Positions 25,797 to 35,116 of a DNA stretch of 64,000 nt are shown in pieces (the first letter of the stretch is position 1; each line of letters starts with the position of its first letter). Made by a program: the position numbers and the translations under genes. The DNA comes from Eubacteriales bacterium. Lineage in GTDB: Bacteria; Bacillota; Clostridia; Oscillospirales; JAAYXM01. Under the pieces are notes generated by a model, which was not told where the DNA came from, did no database searches, and worked only from the letters and a program-made list of their open reading frames with translations. The stretch lies in NCBI GenBank assembly GCA_045580305.1, contig JAZNNQ010000003.1, forward strand, positions 25,008 through 89,007. Direction: 5' to 3'.

Positions 25797-26138
25797 ATGA
25801 TCAGAAGAGCAGACGAAATCGCAAAAAACGGTAAACCCGATCCGGATAAGGATTCGCTTACCATATTTAAGCTAAACACTTTCGAAAATCAGCCGGAGAA
25901 ACTAAGAACTTATGCTCTGGCGACTGTTGAGCCGGGCGGTGAGGTTGACTTCCACATCCACGAGGGTGAGTGCGAGTATTACTATATTCTCTCGGGTATT
26001 GCAGAGTATAGTGATAATGGAAAGATCGTTGAGGTAACTGCTGGCGATCTTACCTTTACGCCATCCGGCAAAGGACACGGAATTAAGAACATCGGAAACG
26101 AACCGCTTATATTCTTCCCACTTATAATCAAATATTAA
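25797..26138 (+). CDS. cupin domain protein
   Basis: Cupin motifs G.EVDFHIHEGE.E.YYILSG and P.G.GHGI.N. Confidence 0.75.
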   Translation: MIRRADEIAKNGKPDPDKDSLTIFKLNTFENQPEKLRTYALATVEPGGEVDFHIHEGECEYYYILSGIAEYSDNGKIVEVTAGDLTFTPSGKGHGIKNIGNEPLIFFPLIIKY

Positions 26139-26174
26139 AAAAAGACGGTGTGGCATTGCCACACCGCCTTTTTA
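26137..26174. terminator. bidirectional intrinsic terminator
   Basis: GGTGTGG/CCACACC hairpin flanked by A- and T-runs, between convergent genes. Confidence 0.7.
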
Positions 26175-26182
26175 TTTTAAAG

Positions 26183-26362
26183 TTACATACCCTTTTCGTA
26201 ACTTTCGATCATCTTTTTTACCATCTGACCGCCGATGCTGCCTGCCTGCTTTGCAGTAAGGTCACCGTTGTAGCCCTGCTTAAGATTAACGCCAACCTCA
26301 TTGGCTGCCTCCATCTTAAACTTGTTCATTGCGTCCTTTGCGCCCGGAACTAACTGTGCCAT
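26183..26362 (-). CDS. ssp: alpha/beta-type small acid-soluble spore protein
   Basis: 60 aa: MAQLVPGAKDAMNKFKMEAANEVGV...GDLTAKQAGSIGGQMVKKMIE. ATG 26362 follows AAGGAG; the ORF-track extension was rejected. Confidence 0.9.
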   Translation of the reverse strand: MAQLVPGAKDAMNKFKMEAANEVGVNLKQGYNGDLTAKQAGSIGGQMVKKMIESYEKGM

Positions 26363-26442
26363 CTCTAATTCATCTCCTTGTAAATATATTGGTTTATTAC
26401 CGAGATTAGTATCTGTATAAACCAACATAATATACTGGGAAT

Positions 26443-27042
26443 TTATAACAGCTCTACCTGAGATACCGACACCTCATAGGTAGTGCGGACACAGCTTTCA
26501 TCTTCGATGGTTTTTATGTATTCGCGACTTTGTATCCTGCCGTGTATTTCAATGTCGTCACCGACATTAAACTCTGCCACGCGCTGAGCATTTTTGCCCC
26601 AGGCGATACAGGGAAGATAGTCCGCTCTGCCGTAACGGCGATTTATCGCCACCATTAAATCGCATATCTCTCGCCCTAACGGTGTACGGCGATATACCGG
26701 ATCTTTGCAGATAGTACCGCAAAGGTGTAGTTCATTTCGATTTTCAGGTGCAATAATTTTAATAACTCTTGCAAACGCGGTTATTACAAGCTTGTTTCCC
26801 ACGCCGCTCTTATTATTGTAAGAGCGCAATTCGCCCTGTATTTCAACAAAATCACCACACGCTAAATTCAGCTCATCGATCGCTTTTTTATTAATTAAAA
26901 CACAAATATTGTCACACACACCGGACAGTCGCATAACACCAATTGTAAAACGCATAAAGGTAAATTCGTGGGTTTTATGTGAAAAAGTGGGGGAGGATAC
27001 CACCTTGCCTGCCAGAATAAGTGTATTTTCGGCCTGGAACAT
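26443..27042 (-). CDS. tandem OB-fold SSB/PriB-like protein lacking an acidic C-terminal tail
   Basis: Two roughly 95-aa halves each look like an SSB OB fold (L.G.......T..G.....F.......R........D.I....WG..A......GD.V.I.G.L.S). There is no DDDIPF-type tail. Confidence 0.65.
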   Translation of the reverse strand: MFQAENTLILAGKVVSSPTFSHKTHEFTFMRFTIGVMRLSGVCDNICVLINKKAIDELNLACGDFVEIQGELRSYNNKSGVGNKLVITAFARVIKIIAPENRNELHLCGTICKDPVYRRTPLGREICDLMVAINRRYGRADYLPCIAWGKNAQRVAEFNVGDDIEIHGRIQSREYIKTIEDESCVRTTYEVSVSQVELL

Positions 27043-27106
27043 TACATATCACACATCCTTTATCATAGGTTTTGTTACAATATATTCGCTTGTGGTTGAA
27101 AATATG

Positions 27107-27547
27107 TTAAAAGGGAAGTGTTGATATTTTTGGAACCGGCACATCACAGGCGATAAGGGTTGCCACGGTGGCCAATATCACCTCCGGCTCACCGAGTGCG
27201 GTTATGGTAACAGGAAAATCCTGTACTTCAACCTCGGTGCCGGACAGGGTTAAGATCGAGCGTTGTAAGGATAGAACCATATTGTTTCCGGTGTAACTTG
27301 ATATGGTAAGCGTATTTTTACAGCAAAGACCGTAGGTGATTATTTCGCTTGCATCGGTGATAATGCTTTTTGAGTCCGGAGCTATAACTATACGCGATGA
27401 GCAGGAACTTTTTTGTATGCCGGGGGTGAAAACAGAAACCTTAGCGTCCTCGCTTAGTTCAATATCTGTATTACAGTTTTTGAAGGCGGAAATCAGTGCT
27501 TGCTTTAAAATTTCGCCCTCTTTTTGTAAAACATTGATTTTAAGCAC
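27107..27547 (-). CDS. hypothetical protein
   Basis: ORF in apparent operon with the SSB-like gene. GTG 27547 is preferred (RBS GAGAGGAA). No confident family; there is a faint resemblance to Mur-ligase central-domain strings (..ITYG.......L.....G). Confidence 0.45.
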   Translation of the reverse strand: MLKINVLQKEGEILKQALISAFKNCNTDIELSEDAKVSVFTPGIQKSSCSSRIVIAPDSKSIITDASEIITYGLCCKNTLTISSYTGNNMVLSLQRSILTLSGTEVEVQDFPVTITALGEPEVILATVATLIACDVPVPKISTLPF

Positions 27548-27635
27548 AAAAAACACTTCCTCTCACCAAGATATTTTGTGCTTAAAACCATGCAATATTC
27601 GTAGATTTATTTTAAAAATAATGGTATAATTTATG

Positions 27636-27664
27636 TTGACAGCAACTTATGGGTATGGTATAAT
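27636..27664 (+). promoter_or_regulatory. consensus sigma-A promoter of the his operon
   Basis: TTGACA, 17-nt spacer, TATAAT, about 40 nt upstream of the hisZ ATG. A second ATGGTATAATTTA copy lies at 27620-27632. Confidence 0.65.
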
Positions 27665-27706
27665 TTACCACAGTAAAGTGATAAATCGATGAATTGAGGA
27701 ATTACA

Positions 27707-28849
27707 ATGAAGAAGAATGATATTAAAACACCCATTGGAACACGGGATAGATTGTTTGATGAATGTCGCGCTCGACGCAATGTTGAGGAAGCTTTGAGAG
27801 GTCTGTTTTTGCGCCGTGGCTTTTCTGAAGTTAGCAGCCCAAGTTTTGAATATTTTGATGCTTGTCTTGCACCGGAAAATCCAATGCCGCAGGAAATGCT
27901 TTATAAAATGAGCGAATGTACCGGAAAACTTCTTGTTTTAAGGCCGGATATGACGACTCCTATTGCGCGTATTGCGGCAACAAAACTGCCCGAGCAGATG
28001 TTACCTGCACGCCTGTGCTATGTGGAAAAGGTTTATCGCGCAAGCAGAGAAGACAAGGGTATGTCAACCGAAATCCTGCAGGGTGGTATTGAGCTTTTAG
28101 GCTACCGCGGCATTGAAGCGGATATTATGATGATCGTAATGGCGGTAGATGCGCTCCGTGCTTGCACTGATAAAAAAATCGCAATTGAGCTTGGTTTCTC
28201 CGGATATTTTAAGATGCTTGCCGGACGCCTTTCAATGAGCGATGCGGAATTTGAGCGTATGCGAACATACATAGAAAATAAAAATTTCGCAGCGCTTTCC
28301 GATATGCTGGAGGGATTTGGCGACAACGATGCGACTCGTGCGCTTAAAAACCTTTCCCGTATGTTTGGCGGTATCGAAATTTTAGAAAATACCGATGGAG
28401 AGCTTGCTTATTTAAAAGAACTCTATCGTGGCTTGGAGGCAGCCGGTGTCGCTGATGTTGTAAGTATTGACCTTGGTCTGGTTCATCAGATTGACTATTA
28501 CAGTGGCATTATCATTCGCGGCTATATGGAGGGCGTCGGCACGCCTGTGCTCTCCGGCGGCAGATACGACAACCTCATTACATCCTTCGGCAAGGAGGTT
28601 CCGGCGGTTGGTTTTGCTATCGACATTGATGCGGTTGCAGAATGTGTTGGCGCGGCGGAACAAGAGTTTGAAACTATGCTTCACATTATGCCGGGTGCTG
28701 TAAGATGCGGTTTTGCTTATCTTGATGCTAATGAAAAAGTTACTCTTTCCTGCTGCAAAACGGTAGAGGAAAGTGCGAGAGTGGCAAAGGAAAAGGGTCT
28801 TAAATTAATGGTTGCCTATGCCGACGGTAAGGTTTCGGAGGTAGATTAA
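27707..28849 (+). CDS. hisZ: ATP phosphoribosyltransferase regulatory subunit
   Basis: HisRS-like catalytic fold without an anticodon domain (P.G.RD, RL.Y....YR). It sits immediately upstream of a short-form hisG. Confidence 0.88.
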   Translation: MKKNDIKTPIGTRDRLFDECRARRNVEEALRGLFLRRGFSEVSSPSFEYFDACLAPENPMPQEMLYKMSECTGKLLVLRPDMTTPIARIAATKLPEQMLPARLCYVEKVYRASREDKGMSTEILQGGIELLGYRGIEADIMMIVMAVDALRACTDKKIAIELGFSGYFKMLAGRLSMSDAEFERMRTYIENKNFAALSDMLEGFGDNDATRALKNLSRMFGGIEILENTDGELAYLKELYRGLEAAGVADVVSIDLGLVHQIDYYSGIIIRGYMEGVGTPVLSGGRYDNLITSFGKEVPAVGFAIDIDAVAECVGAAEQEFETMLHIMPGAVRCGFAYLDANEKVTLSCCKTVEESARVAKEKGLKLMVAYADGKVSEVD

Positions 28850-29482
28850 ATGAGCGTTTTGAAAATTGCATTAACCAAGGGCAGACTCGAGAAGAAAACC
28901 CTTGCTGTTTTAAAGAAAATAGGTCTTGATTGCAGTGAACTTGAGAGCGGAAGCCGCAAACTTATCTACAAGATCCCGAACTACCCCCTTGAAATAGTAC
29001 TTGCAAAGGCGGCTGATGTTATAACCTATGTTGAACACGGCGTTTGTGATTTAGGCGTAGTCGGCAAGGACACAATTATGGAAAACGGCAACTCCTTTTA
29101 CGAGATGCTTGATTTAGGATTCGGTAAGTGCCGTTTTGCTCTGGCAACGAGGGTTGAGGATGATTTTTACAGTGGTTGCAAGACCCGCCGTATCGCTACA
29201 AAATACCCTAAGGTAGCAAGAGAATACTTCGCTAAAAAGGGTATGGATGTGGATATTATTAAAATCGAAGGCTCAGTTGAGCTTGCACCGCTTCTCGGTA
29301 TTGCCGATGCCATTGTGGATATCGTTGAAACCGGAACAACAATGAAGGAAAACGGTCTGCACCCGATAGAGGATATTCATCCTATCAGTGCACGACTTAT
29401 CGTAAACATCGCATCAATGAAACTCTACAAAGAAGAAATTTTCGACTTCCTTACAAAGCTTGAGGAAAACCTGGAGGATTAG
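28850..29482 (+). CDS. hisG: ATP phosphoribosyltransferase (short form)
   Basis: 210 aa. LKIALTKGRL N-terminus and D.VETG.T..ENGL motif. Confidence 0.93.
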   Translation: MSVLKIALTKGRLEKKTLAVLKKIGLDCSELESGSRKLIYKIPNYPLEIVLAKAADVITYVEHGVCDLGVVGKDTIMENGNSFYEMLDLGFGKCRFALATRVEDDFYSGCKTRRIATKYPKVAREYFAKKGMDVDIIKIEGSVELAPLLGIADAIVDIVETGTTMKENGLHPIEDIHPISARLIVNIASMKLYKEEIFDFLTKLEENLED

Positions 29483-29485
29483 GCT

Positions 29486-30760
29486 ATGCCACAGATTATA
29501 TATGCAGATGGTATTTTGGAAAACAAGGTACTTGCCGATATGCGCGCGCGCGCCGGCGAGGTAGGCAGTGCGGTAAATGCTGCGGTTACCGAAATACTTG
29601 CTGATATTGCAAAGAACGGATATGATGCCGTTTGTAAATATTCCGAGAAATTTGACAAAGTATTACCTCGTGAGATAACCCGAGACGAACTGCAGACAGC
29701 GTACGATACTTGTGATGTAAAGGTTCGTGAGTCTTTGGAAAAAGCGGCTGAGAATATCCGCGCATATCACGAGAAAATGCTTGCTAAGACTTGGGAGTGG
29801 GAAGAAAAGGGAACCCGACTCGGTCAGCGTGTAAGAGGTCTTACTCGTGTTGGTATCTATGTACCCGGCGGTACTGCGGCGTACCCGTCTTCCGTTTTGA
29901 TGAATGCTATTCCCGCGCGAGTTGCAGGTGTCCGTGAAATAATTATGGTAACACCTCCAACCGCAAATTTAAATACAGCTGTTTTAGCGGCGGCTAAAAT
30001 TGCAGGAATTGATCGCGTGTTTGCCATAGGCGGCGTTCAGGCAATCGGTGCACTCAGCTATGGCGCAGGTGAAATTCCTCGCGTCGATAAGATCGTGGGC
30101 CCGGGTAATGCTTTTGTTGCAGCGGCAAAAAGGCTTGTCTACGGCACCGTGGATATTGACATGATAGCCGGCCCATCTGAAATATTGATTATCGCAGATG
30201 AAACGGCGAATGCCGAATATGTTGCGGCAGATATGCTAAGCCAGGCAGAACACGACAAATTGGCATCCTCAATTTTACTTACTACCAGTAAGGATTTGGC
30301 GGCCAAGGTTAAAGCGGCGATCGATGGTCAAATAAAAGAGCGCACAAGAGCGGAGATAATAAAAGACTCACTTTCAAATTTCGGTGCAATTATCGTTGTT
30401 GATACAGTGGAAAGAGCCGCTGAAATTGCGAATGATGTTGCGCCCGAGCATCTTGAGATTATAACAAAAGATCCCAGAAGTGATATGGAACTTATTGAAA
30501 ATGCAGGTGCTATTTTCCTCGGTCAGTATTCTCCGGAGCCGTTAGGTGATTATATGGCAGGCCCCTGCCATGTGCTTCCCACATCGGGTACTGCACGATT
30601 TTTCTCACCGCTGTCTACGGACAGTTTCTTGAAAAAATCAAGCGTTATCGAGTATACGAGGGATGCACTGTTTGAGCTTTCCGATAAAATTGAAACACTT
30701 GCCCTTGCTGAAGGGCTGGATGCTCACGCAAACTCAATTACAGTTAGGAGAAAGAAATGA
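29486..30760 (+). CDS. hisD: histidinol dehydrogenase
   Basis: GIYVPGGTAAYPSSVLM, GPGN.FV..AK and SQAEHD motifs. Confidence 0.95.
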   Translation: MPQIIYADGILENKVLADMRARAGEVGSAVNAAVTEILADIAKNGYDAVCKYSEKFDKVLPREITRDELQTAYDTCDVKVRESLEKAAENIRAYHEKMLAKTWEWEEKGTRLGQRVRGLTRVGIYVPGGTAAYPSSVLMNAIPARVAGVREIIMVTPPTANLNTAVLAAAKIAGIDRVFAIGGVQAIGALSYGAGEIPRVDKIVGPGNAFVAAAKRLVYGTVDIDMIAGPSEILIIADETANAEYVAADMLSQAEHDKLASSILLTTSKDLAAKVKAAIDGQIKERTRAEIIKDSLSNFGAIIVVDTVERAAEIANDVAPEHLEIITKDPRSDMELIENAGAIFLGQYSPEPLGDYMAGPCHVLPTSGTARFFSPLSTDSFLKKSSVIEYTRDALFELSDKIETLALAEGLDAHANSITVRRKK

Positions 30761-31782
30761 GAATAGCAAAAAAACTGCTTAATTTAGCGCCATATGAACC
30801 GACACTTGAAAAATTCGATGTTGTACTGGATGCAAACGAGAGCTTTACACCGCCAACCGGCGAGTTAAAAGCTAAAATTGATAAGGCAATATGCAATGTT
30901 GCCTTGAATAGATATCCTGATCCTACTGCAAAGGCGCTTTGCACTGCTGCTGCAGCGTGCTATGGTGTTAAGCCTGAGCAGGTTGTTGCAGGTAACGGCT
31001 CTGATGAGCTTATATCTATTATTATGTCTACTATGGTGGAAACCGGCGGTAAGGTAGTAATTTCAGCACCGGACTTTTCTATGTATGCATTTTATGCAGA
31101 ACTTTCCGAGCATCCGGTGATAAGCGCAGGCAAAAAGGGCCTTTATCTTGATGCCGATGCAATGATTAATTCGGTAAAGGAAAACAATGCGGATATCCTT
31201 ATCTTCTCAAACCCCTGTAATCCAAGCGGCCAGGGTCTTAAGAGAGATGAGGTTATAAGAGTTATTGAAAGCTGCGACTGCATCGTTATTGTTGATGAGG
31301 CATATATGGAATTCTGGGACGAGAGCGTGCTTGACTGTATAGGCAAATACCCCAATTTGATTATACTCAAGACCTGTTCAAAAGCGTTTGGTCTTGCTGC
31401 TGCTCGTTGTGGCTTTGCAGTTGCAGATAAGATGCTTGTTGACAATATCAAAAAGGCTAAATCACCCTACAATGTAAACAGCTTTACTCAAGCTGCGGCT
31501 CTTGAAATACTCAAGGATTCGGAGTATATTAGTAACAGCATCAGTGAGATAAAAAAATCAAGAGATGAATTATACACAGCACTTTGCGATATTGGCGCAA
31601 ACCCTATCGCTTGCAACACAAACTTTGTACTGCTTAACTTACCCAATGCAAAAGAAGTGTGGTTAAAACTGCGAGAGCGTGGCATCTCTGTCCGCAATAT
31701 AATGGGTGATTATTTGCGCATAACCGCAGGAAGCAATGATGAAAATAAGCGCGTTGTTTCAGCGCTTAAGGAGGTTTTATAA
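30757..31782 (+). CDS. hisC: histidinol-phosphate aminotransferase
   Basis: NRYPDP, GNGSDE, NPCNPSG and the TCSKAFGLA PLP-lysine motif. ATGA overlap with hisD. Confidence 0.92.
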   Translation: MRIAKKLLNLAPYEPTLEKFDVVLDANESFTPPTGELKAKIDKAICNVALNRYPDPTAKALCTAAAACYGVKPEQVVAGNGSDELISIIMSTMVETGGKVVISAPDFSMYAFYAELSEHPVISAGKKGLYLDADAMINSVKENNADILIFSNPCNPSGQGLKRDEVIRVIESCDCIVIVDEAYMEFWDESVLDCIGKYPNLIILKTCSKAFGLAAARCGFAVADKMLVDNIKKAKSPYNVNSFTQAAALEILKDSEYISNSISEIKKSRDELYTALCDIGANPIACNTNFVLLNLPNAKEVWLKLRERGISVRNIMGDYLRITAGSNDENKRVVSALKEVL

Positions 31783-32357
31783 TGCGAGAGGCGAGTATCA
31801 GCCGCAAGACAAAGGAAACCGATATTCAGGTAAAGCTTAATTTAGATGGCGGTAAAATAACCGTTAATACGGGCATAGGTTTTTTTGATCATATGTTAAC
31901 CGCTTTTGCTACCCATGCAGGATTTGGTTTAGAGGTTAATGTTAAGGGTGACCTTGAAGTGGATTGTCACCACACGGTTGAGGACACCGGAATCGTTATC
32001 GGTCAAGCTTTAGCAAAAGCACTTGGAGATAAGGTTGGTATCGAGCGATTTGGTAATGCTCGAGTTCCTATGGACGAAGCCTTAGCTGACGCCATTTTAG
32101 ATATATCCGGTAGACCATATCTTGTTTTCTTTGCTGATATGCCCCAGGAAGTAATCGGTGAATACGATTCCTGCATAACTTTGGAGTTTATGCGTGCACT
32201 CTCAACCAATGCGGGACTTACCCTTCATATTCTCTCGGAATACGGCGAAAATGCACATCATATTACCGAGGCAATTTATAAGGCTGTGGGTCGCGCTCTT
32301 AAAGTTGCAACCCGCATTACCGGTGACAAAATCCCCAGTACCAAAGGAGCATTATAA
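31782..32357 (+). CDS. hisB: imidazoleglycerol-phosphate dehydratase
   Basis: R.T.ET.I.V.L.LDG, DHM and HH..E motifs. TAATG overlap with hisC. Confidence 0.95.
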   Translation: MREASISRKTKETDIQVKLNLDGGKITVNTGIGFFDHMLTAFATHAGFGLEVNVKGDLEVDCHHTVEDTGIVIGQALAKALGDKVGIERFGNARVPMDEALADAILDISGRPYLVFFADMPQEVIGEYDSCITLEFMRALSTNAGLTLHILSEYGENAHHITEAIYKAVGRALKVATRITGDKIPSTKGAL

Positions 32358-32965
32358 TGGGATATACAGCGATAATTGACTATGGTGTAGGTAATCTGCA
32401 CAGCGTCGCAAAAGCCCTTGACTATGTGGGTGCAAAAAACATAATCACCGGCGATGTAAATGAAATTCGCCGGGCAGATGCTCTGCTTCTTCCGGGTGTG
32501 GGCTCATTCCCGGTGGCATACAGAGCTCTTGTGGATGCAGGTCTTAAGAATATTGTTTGCGAAGAAGTGGAAAAAAAGCCTCTTCTCGGTATTTGTTTAG
32601 GTATGCAACTTCTTTTAGAGCGCGGATTTGAAGATGAGGAATGCGAGGGTCTAGGACTTGTTTCCGGAGAGGTGAGAAGAATTGAAACCTCCTTCAAACT
32701 TCCGCAAATCGGTTGGAATGAGCTTGAAATCAAAAATCCTTCTGCGCTTACAAAGGGACTTCCGGAACATTCTTATGTTTATTTTGTTCATTCCTACTGT
32801 GCGACGGTTAATAGATTCGAACAGCTTATTGCTACCTGCGATTACGGTACACAAGTAACCGCAATAGTAAAAAACGGTAACGCCTACGGCTGTCAGTTCC
32901 ATCCGGAAAAGAGCGGAGATGTGGGCCTTGCCATTCTGGAAAATTTTAAAAATATTATCGGTTAG
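32357..32965 (+). CDS. hisH: imidazole glycerol phosphate synthase, glutaminase subunit
   Basis: IIDYGVGNL.SV, LPGVG.F, GICLGMQLL and FHPEKS motifs. Confidence 0.95.
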   Translation: MGYTAIIDYGVGNLHSVAKALDYVGAKNIITGDVNEIRRADALLLPGVGSFPVAYRALVDAGLKNIVCEEVEKKPLLGICLGMQLLLERGFEDEECEGLGLVSGEVRRIETSFKLPQIGWNELEIKNPSALTKGLPEHSYVYFVHSYCATVNRFEQLIATCDYGTQVTAIVKNGNAYGCQFHPEKSGDVGLAILENFKNIIG

Positions 32966-32977
32966 GAGAAGCCTTAT

Positions 32978-33691
32978 ATGCTTATTATTCCTGCAATAGA
33001 TTTAAAGGACGGGCAGTGTGTTCGTCTGCTCAAAGGTGAGTTTGATACCGTTCATAAGGTAGCGGAAAGCGCGGTTGACACAGCGCGCAGTTTCCTTAAT
33101 GCAGGTGCAAAACTCTTACATATGGTTGATTTGGACGGCGCCCTTAAAGGTGAAGGAAAAAACCGTCAGGTTGTAAAAGAGGTTATCGATCAAGTTGGAA
33201 TTCCGGTAGAGCTTGGTGGCGGCATCCGTACGATGGAAGACATTGAAACGGTACTGTCACTTGGTGTATCACGCGTTATCATCGGCTCTGCTGCGGTTGA
33301 AAATCCATCTTTGGTAGAGGACGCTGTTAAAAAGTTTGGAGATAAAATCGCTGTTGGAATAGATGCTAAAGACGGTGAAGTAAAGACCCGCGGTTGGATC
33401 GAGGGCAGCGGTATTGACTATATAGAGTTTTCCAAAAAGATGGAAAGTTTTGGAGTTAAGACCATTATCTTTACCGATATTGACTCTGACGGAACGCTTG
33501 CAGGTCCGTGTATGCCGCGGCTTTTGGCACTTCGTGCGGCTGTTTCCTGCGAAATTGTCGCATCCGGTGGCGTTACCACAATGGAGGACTTAAAAGCGCT
33601 TAATGAAGGCAAAATTGATGCGGCAATTCTGGGAAAGACCCTGTATTCCGGTAAAATTGACCTTAAAAAGGCTTGCGAAACCTATAACTAA
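32978..33691 (+). CDS. hisA: 1-(5-phosphoribosyl)-5-[(5-phosphoribosylamino)methylideneamino]imidazole-4-carboxamide isomerase
   Basis: IIPAIDL.DG.CVRL..G N-terminus and (beta/alpha)8 repeats. Confidence 0.94.
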   Translation: MLIIPAIDLKDGQCVRLLKGEFDTVHKVAESAVDTARSFLNAGAKLLHMVDLDGALKGEGKNRQVVKEVIDQVGIPVELGGGIRTMEDIETVLSLGVSRVIIGSAAVENPSLVEDAVKKFGDKIAVGIDAKDGEVKTRGWIEGSGIDYIEFSKKMESFGVKTIIFTDIDSDGTLAGPCMPRLLALRAAVSCEIVASGGVTTMEDLKALNEGKIDAAILGKTLYSGKIDLKKACETYN

Positions 33692-33703
33692 AGGAGAAAA
33701 TCT

Positions 33704-34459
33704 ATGCTCGCTAAGAGAATTATACCTTGTCTTGATGTGAATGATGGACGAGTGGTAAAAGGCGTTAATTTCGTTAATCTGAGAGATGCAGGTGACCCGG
33801 TAGAGCTTGCCCGTGCTTATAGTGAGGCAGGCGCTGATGAAATTGTATTTCTTGACATAACCGCAACCCACGGTGCCAGAAGAACGGTAGTTGATATTGT
33901 AGAAAAAACCGCCCGCGAAGTTTTTGTGCCTCTTACCGTTGGAGGTGGTATTCGCACTGAGGACGATTTTTATGAGATCCTTCGTGCAGGTGCTGATAAA
34001 ATATCGGTCAATTCCGCGGCGGTAAGAAATCCGGATTTGATTTCTAAGGCCGCGCGCAGGTTCGGTAGCCAATGTGTTGTGCTTGCAATTGACGCGCGTC
34101 GTGCCGCTGATGGCCATTTTGAGGTGGTTTTAAACGGTGGACGAATTGCAACAGAACTTGATGCAATTGAATGGGCGATAAGGGCAGAAAAGCTTGGCGC
34201 CGGTGAAATTATGCTCAATTCAATTGATGCAGACGGAACTAAAAACGGATTCGATTTAGAAATGACAAAGGCTATATCCGATGCGGTGGGTATCCCGGTA
34301 ATTGCATCCGGCGGCTGCGGAAAATTGGAGCATTTTGCGCCCGTGTTCAATGAGGCGGGTGCTGACGCGGCTCTTGCGGCCAGTGTATTCCATTTCGGCG
34401 AACTTAGTATCCGTCAGGTAAAGGATGAACTCAGACGAAATAATATCCCGGTGAGGTAA
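33704..34459 (+). CDS. hisF: imidazole glycerol phosphate synthase, cyclase subunit
   Basis: [17 protein letters not shown] and GADK.S.NSAA motifs. Confidence 0.95.
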   Translation: MLAKRIIPCLDVNDGRVVKGVNFVNLRDAGDPVELARAYSEAGADEIVFLDITATHGARRTVVDIVEKTAREVFVPLTVGGGIRTEDDFYEILRAGADKISVNSAAVRNPDLISKAARRFGSQCVVLAIDARRAADGHFEVVLNGGRIATELDAIEWAIRAEKLGAGEIMLNSIDADGTKNGFDLEMTKAISDAVGIPVIASGGCGKLEHFAPVFNEAGADAALAASVFHFGELSIRQVKDELRRNNIPVR

Positions 34460-34466
34460 GAATGCT

Positions 34467-34790
34467 ATGGATTTATCTAAATATTTTAAAAAAAGCGAAC
34501 TTATTCCGGTAATTGTTCAGCATGTGGACACAAAGAAGGTGTTGATGCTGGGCTATACCAATGAAGAGGCGCTTAGTAAGACTTTAGAAACTAAAACTGT
34601 TTGGTTTTACAGCCGTAGCCGCAATAAATTATGGAATAAAGGTGAAACCTCAGGTCATTTTTTGATTGTTCACGAAATTTTAGGCGATTGCGACGACGAT
34701 ACGCTTTTAATTATGGCAACACCCAAAGGCCCCACCTGCCACACCGGCAGAGAGAGTTGTTTTTTCAATGAAATTTATAAGGAGAAATAA
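34467..34790 (+). CDS. hisI: phosphoribosyl-AMP cyclohydrolase (monofunctional)
   Basis: LIPVIVQ.....VLMLGY.N.EAL..T......W.YSRSR..LW.KGETSG and C.TG..SCF motifs. Confidence 0.92.
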   Translation: MDLSKYFKKSELIPVIVQHVDTKKVLMLGYTNEEALSKTLETKTVWFYSRSRNKLWNKGETSGHFLIVHEILGDCDDDTLLIMATPKGPTCHTGRESCFFNEIYKEK

Positions 34791-34792
34791 AA

Positions 34793-35116
34793 ATGGATGT
34801 ATTAAAGGGTTTATATGAAGTAGTGCTTGACCGCAAAGCAAATCCCCAGGAAGGCTCTTATACCTGCTACCTTTTTGAAAAGGGTCTGGACAAAATTTTG
34901 AAAAAAGTAGGCGAGGAGTGTTCTGAAACCATTATTGCCGCAAAAAACGGCAATAATGAGGAAACCGTCGGCGAAATCTCCGATCTTTTATATCATCTTC
35001 TCGTTATGATGGCTGAAAGTAATATCGACATATCTGAAGTAACCGCGGTCCTGGAGGAGCGCCGTCAGAAAATCGGAAACCTCAAGCAGATGCGCGTTAC
35101 TGACAAAAATACCTAA
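34793..35116 (+). CDS. hisE: phosphoribosyl-ATP pyrophosphatase (monofunctional)
   Basis: L..L..V...R......GSYT..L...G.DKI.KKVGEE..E and E..DLLYHL.V motifs. Confidence 0.92.
   Translation: MDVLKGLYEVVLDRKANPQEGSYTCYLFEKGLDKILKKVGEECSETIIAAKNGNNEETVGEISDLLYHLLVMMAESNIDISEVTAVLEERRQKIGNLKQMRVTDKNT

Noticed and set aside
33590-34117. 175-aa minus-strand ORF across the hisA/hisF junction.
   Set aside because: It is antisense to two unambiguous his genes and has no RBS or family resemblance. This is a typical shadow ORF on the opposite strand of highly expressed genes.
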